From Camelus ferus (taxonomy: Eukaryota), in contig NC_045714.1 of NCBI RefSeq assembly GCF_009834535.1, forward strand, positions 6,262,001 to 6,326,000: 64,000 bases of DNA. Direction: 5' to 3'. Shown piece by piece: positions 63,701 to 64,000 of the stretch. The notes beneath the pieces were generated by a model. The model was not told the DNA's origin. It searched no databases and worked only from the letters and a program-made list of their open reading frames with translations. A program made the translations under genes and the position numbers. Each line of letters starts with the position of its first letter. The first letter of the stretch is position 1.

Positions 63701-64000
63701 GAGGATGGGAGGGAGTTCATCTTTGCTATAAGTGCGCCGTGAGGGTTCGGATATATTTATTGGGCCCTTGGAAAAATACCTGGCGTGGCACAGACTTGAC
63801 AGGACCCGCCATCATCACAAAGCCAGGGCCTCCTACTAAACCACACTTTGCACATCATGGGCTACAGAGGAAGGAAAGGGTACTGTTTTTAAAACTAAAA
63901 GATCAACCTTTTAAAGAAGTGATGAGTAACCTTCTTTGAGTTGTGTGTAACTGTTTTACGTTCCCTCCTGGGTGGCACAATATTGATCAAACCAGGAGTC

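Overview
Repeat-rich mammalian genomic DNA, most likely camelid: it carries a Vic-1-like tRNA-derived SINE and a cetartiodactyl-type L1 3' end, and I saw no Alu or Bov-A/BovB elements. I could not recognise any protein-coding exon. The listed ORFs appear to be GC-driven spurious frames or decayed Tigger1/L1 coding remnants. The main non-repeat landmark is a CpG island (~8160-9560) that looks like a promoter/first exon, possibly bidirectional; the gene is unidentified. To its right are ~54 kb of intron-like or intergenic DNA filled with MIR, L2, L1, MaLR/ERV LTRs and hAT/pogo DNA transposons, including several cleanly nested insertions. The most unusual observation is a pair of diverged ~200-bp paralogous cassettes 2.4 kb apart, each with a near-identical splice acceptor followed by a related peptide frame. 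Also notable are a 35-bp double X-box-like palindrome, an ERV LTR with four CCAAT boxes and two octamers, and N-runs that look like length-preserving masks. Repeat family names come from recalled consensus sequences, not a database search. I found no clear evidence of a new biological system.
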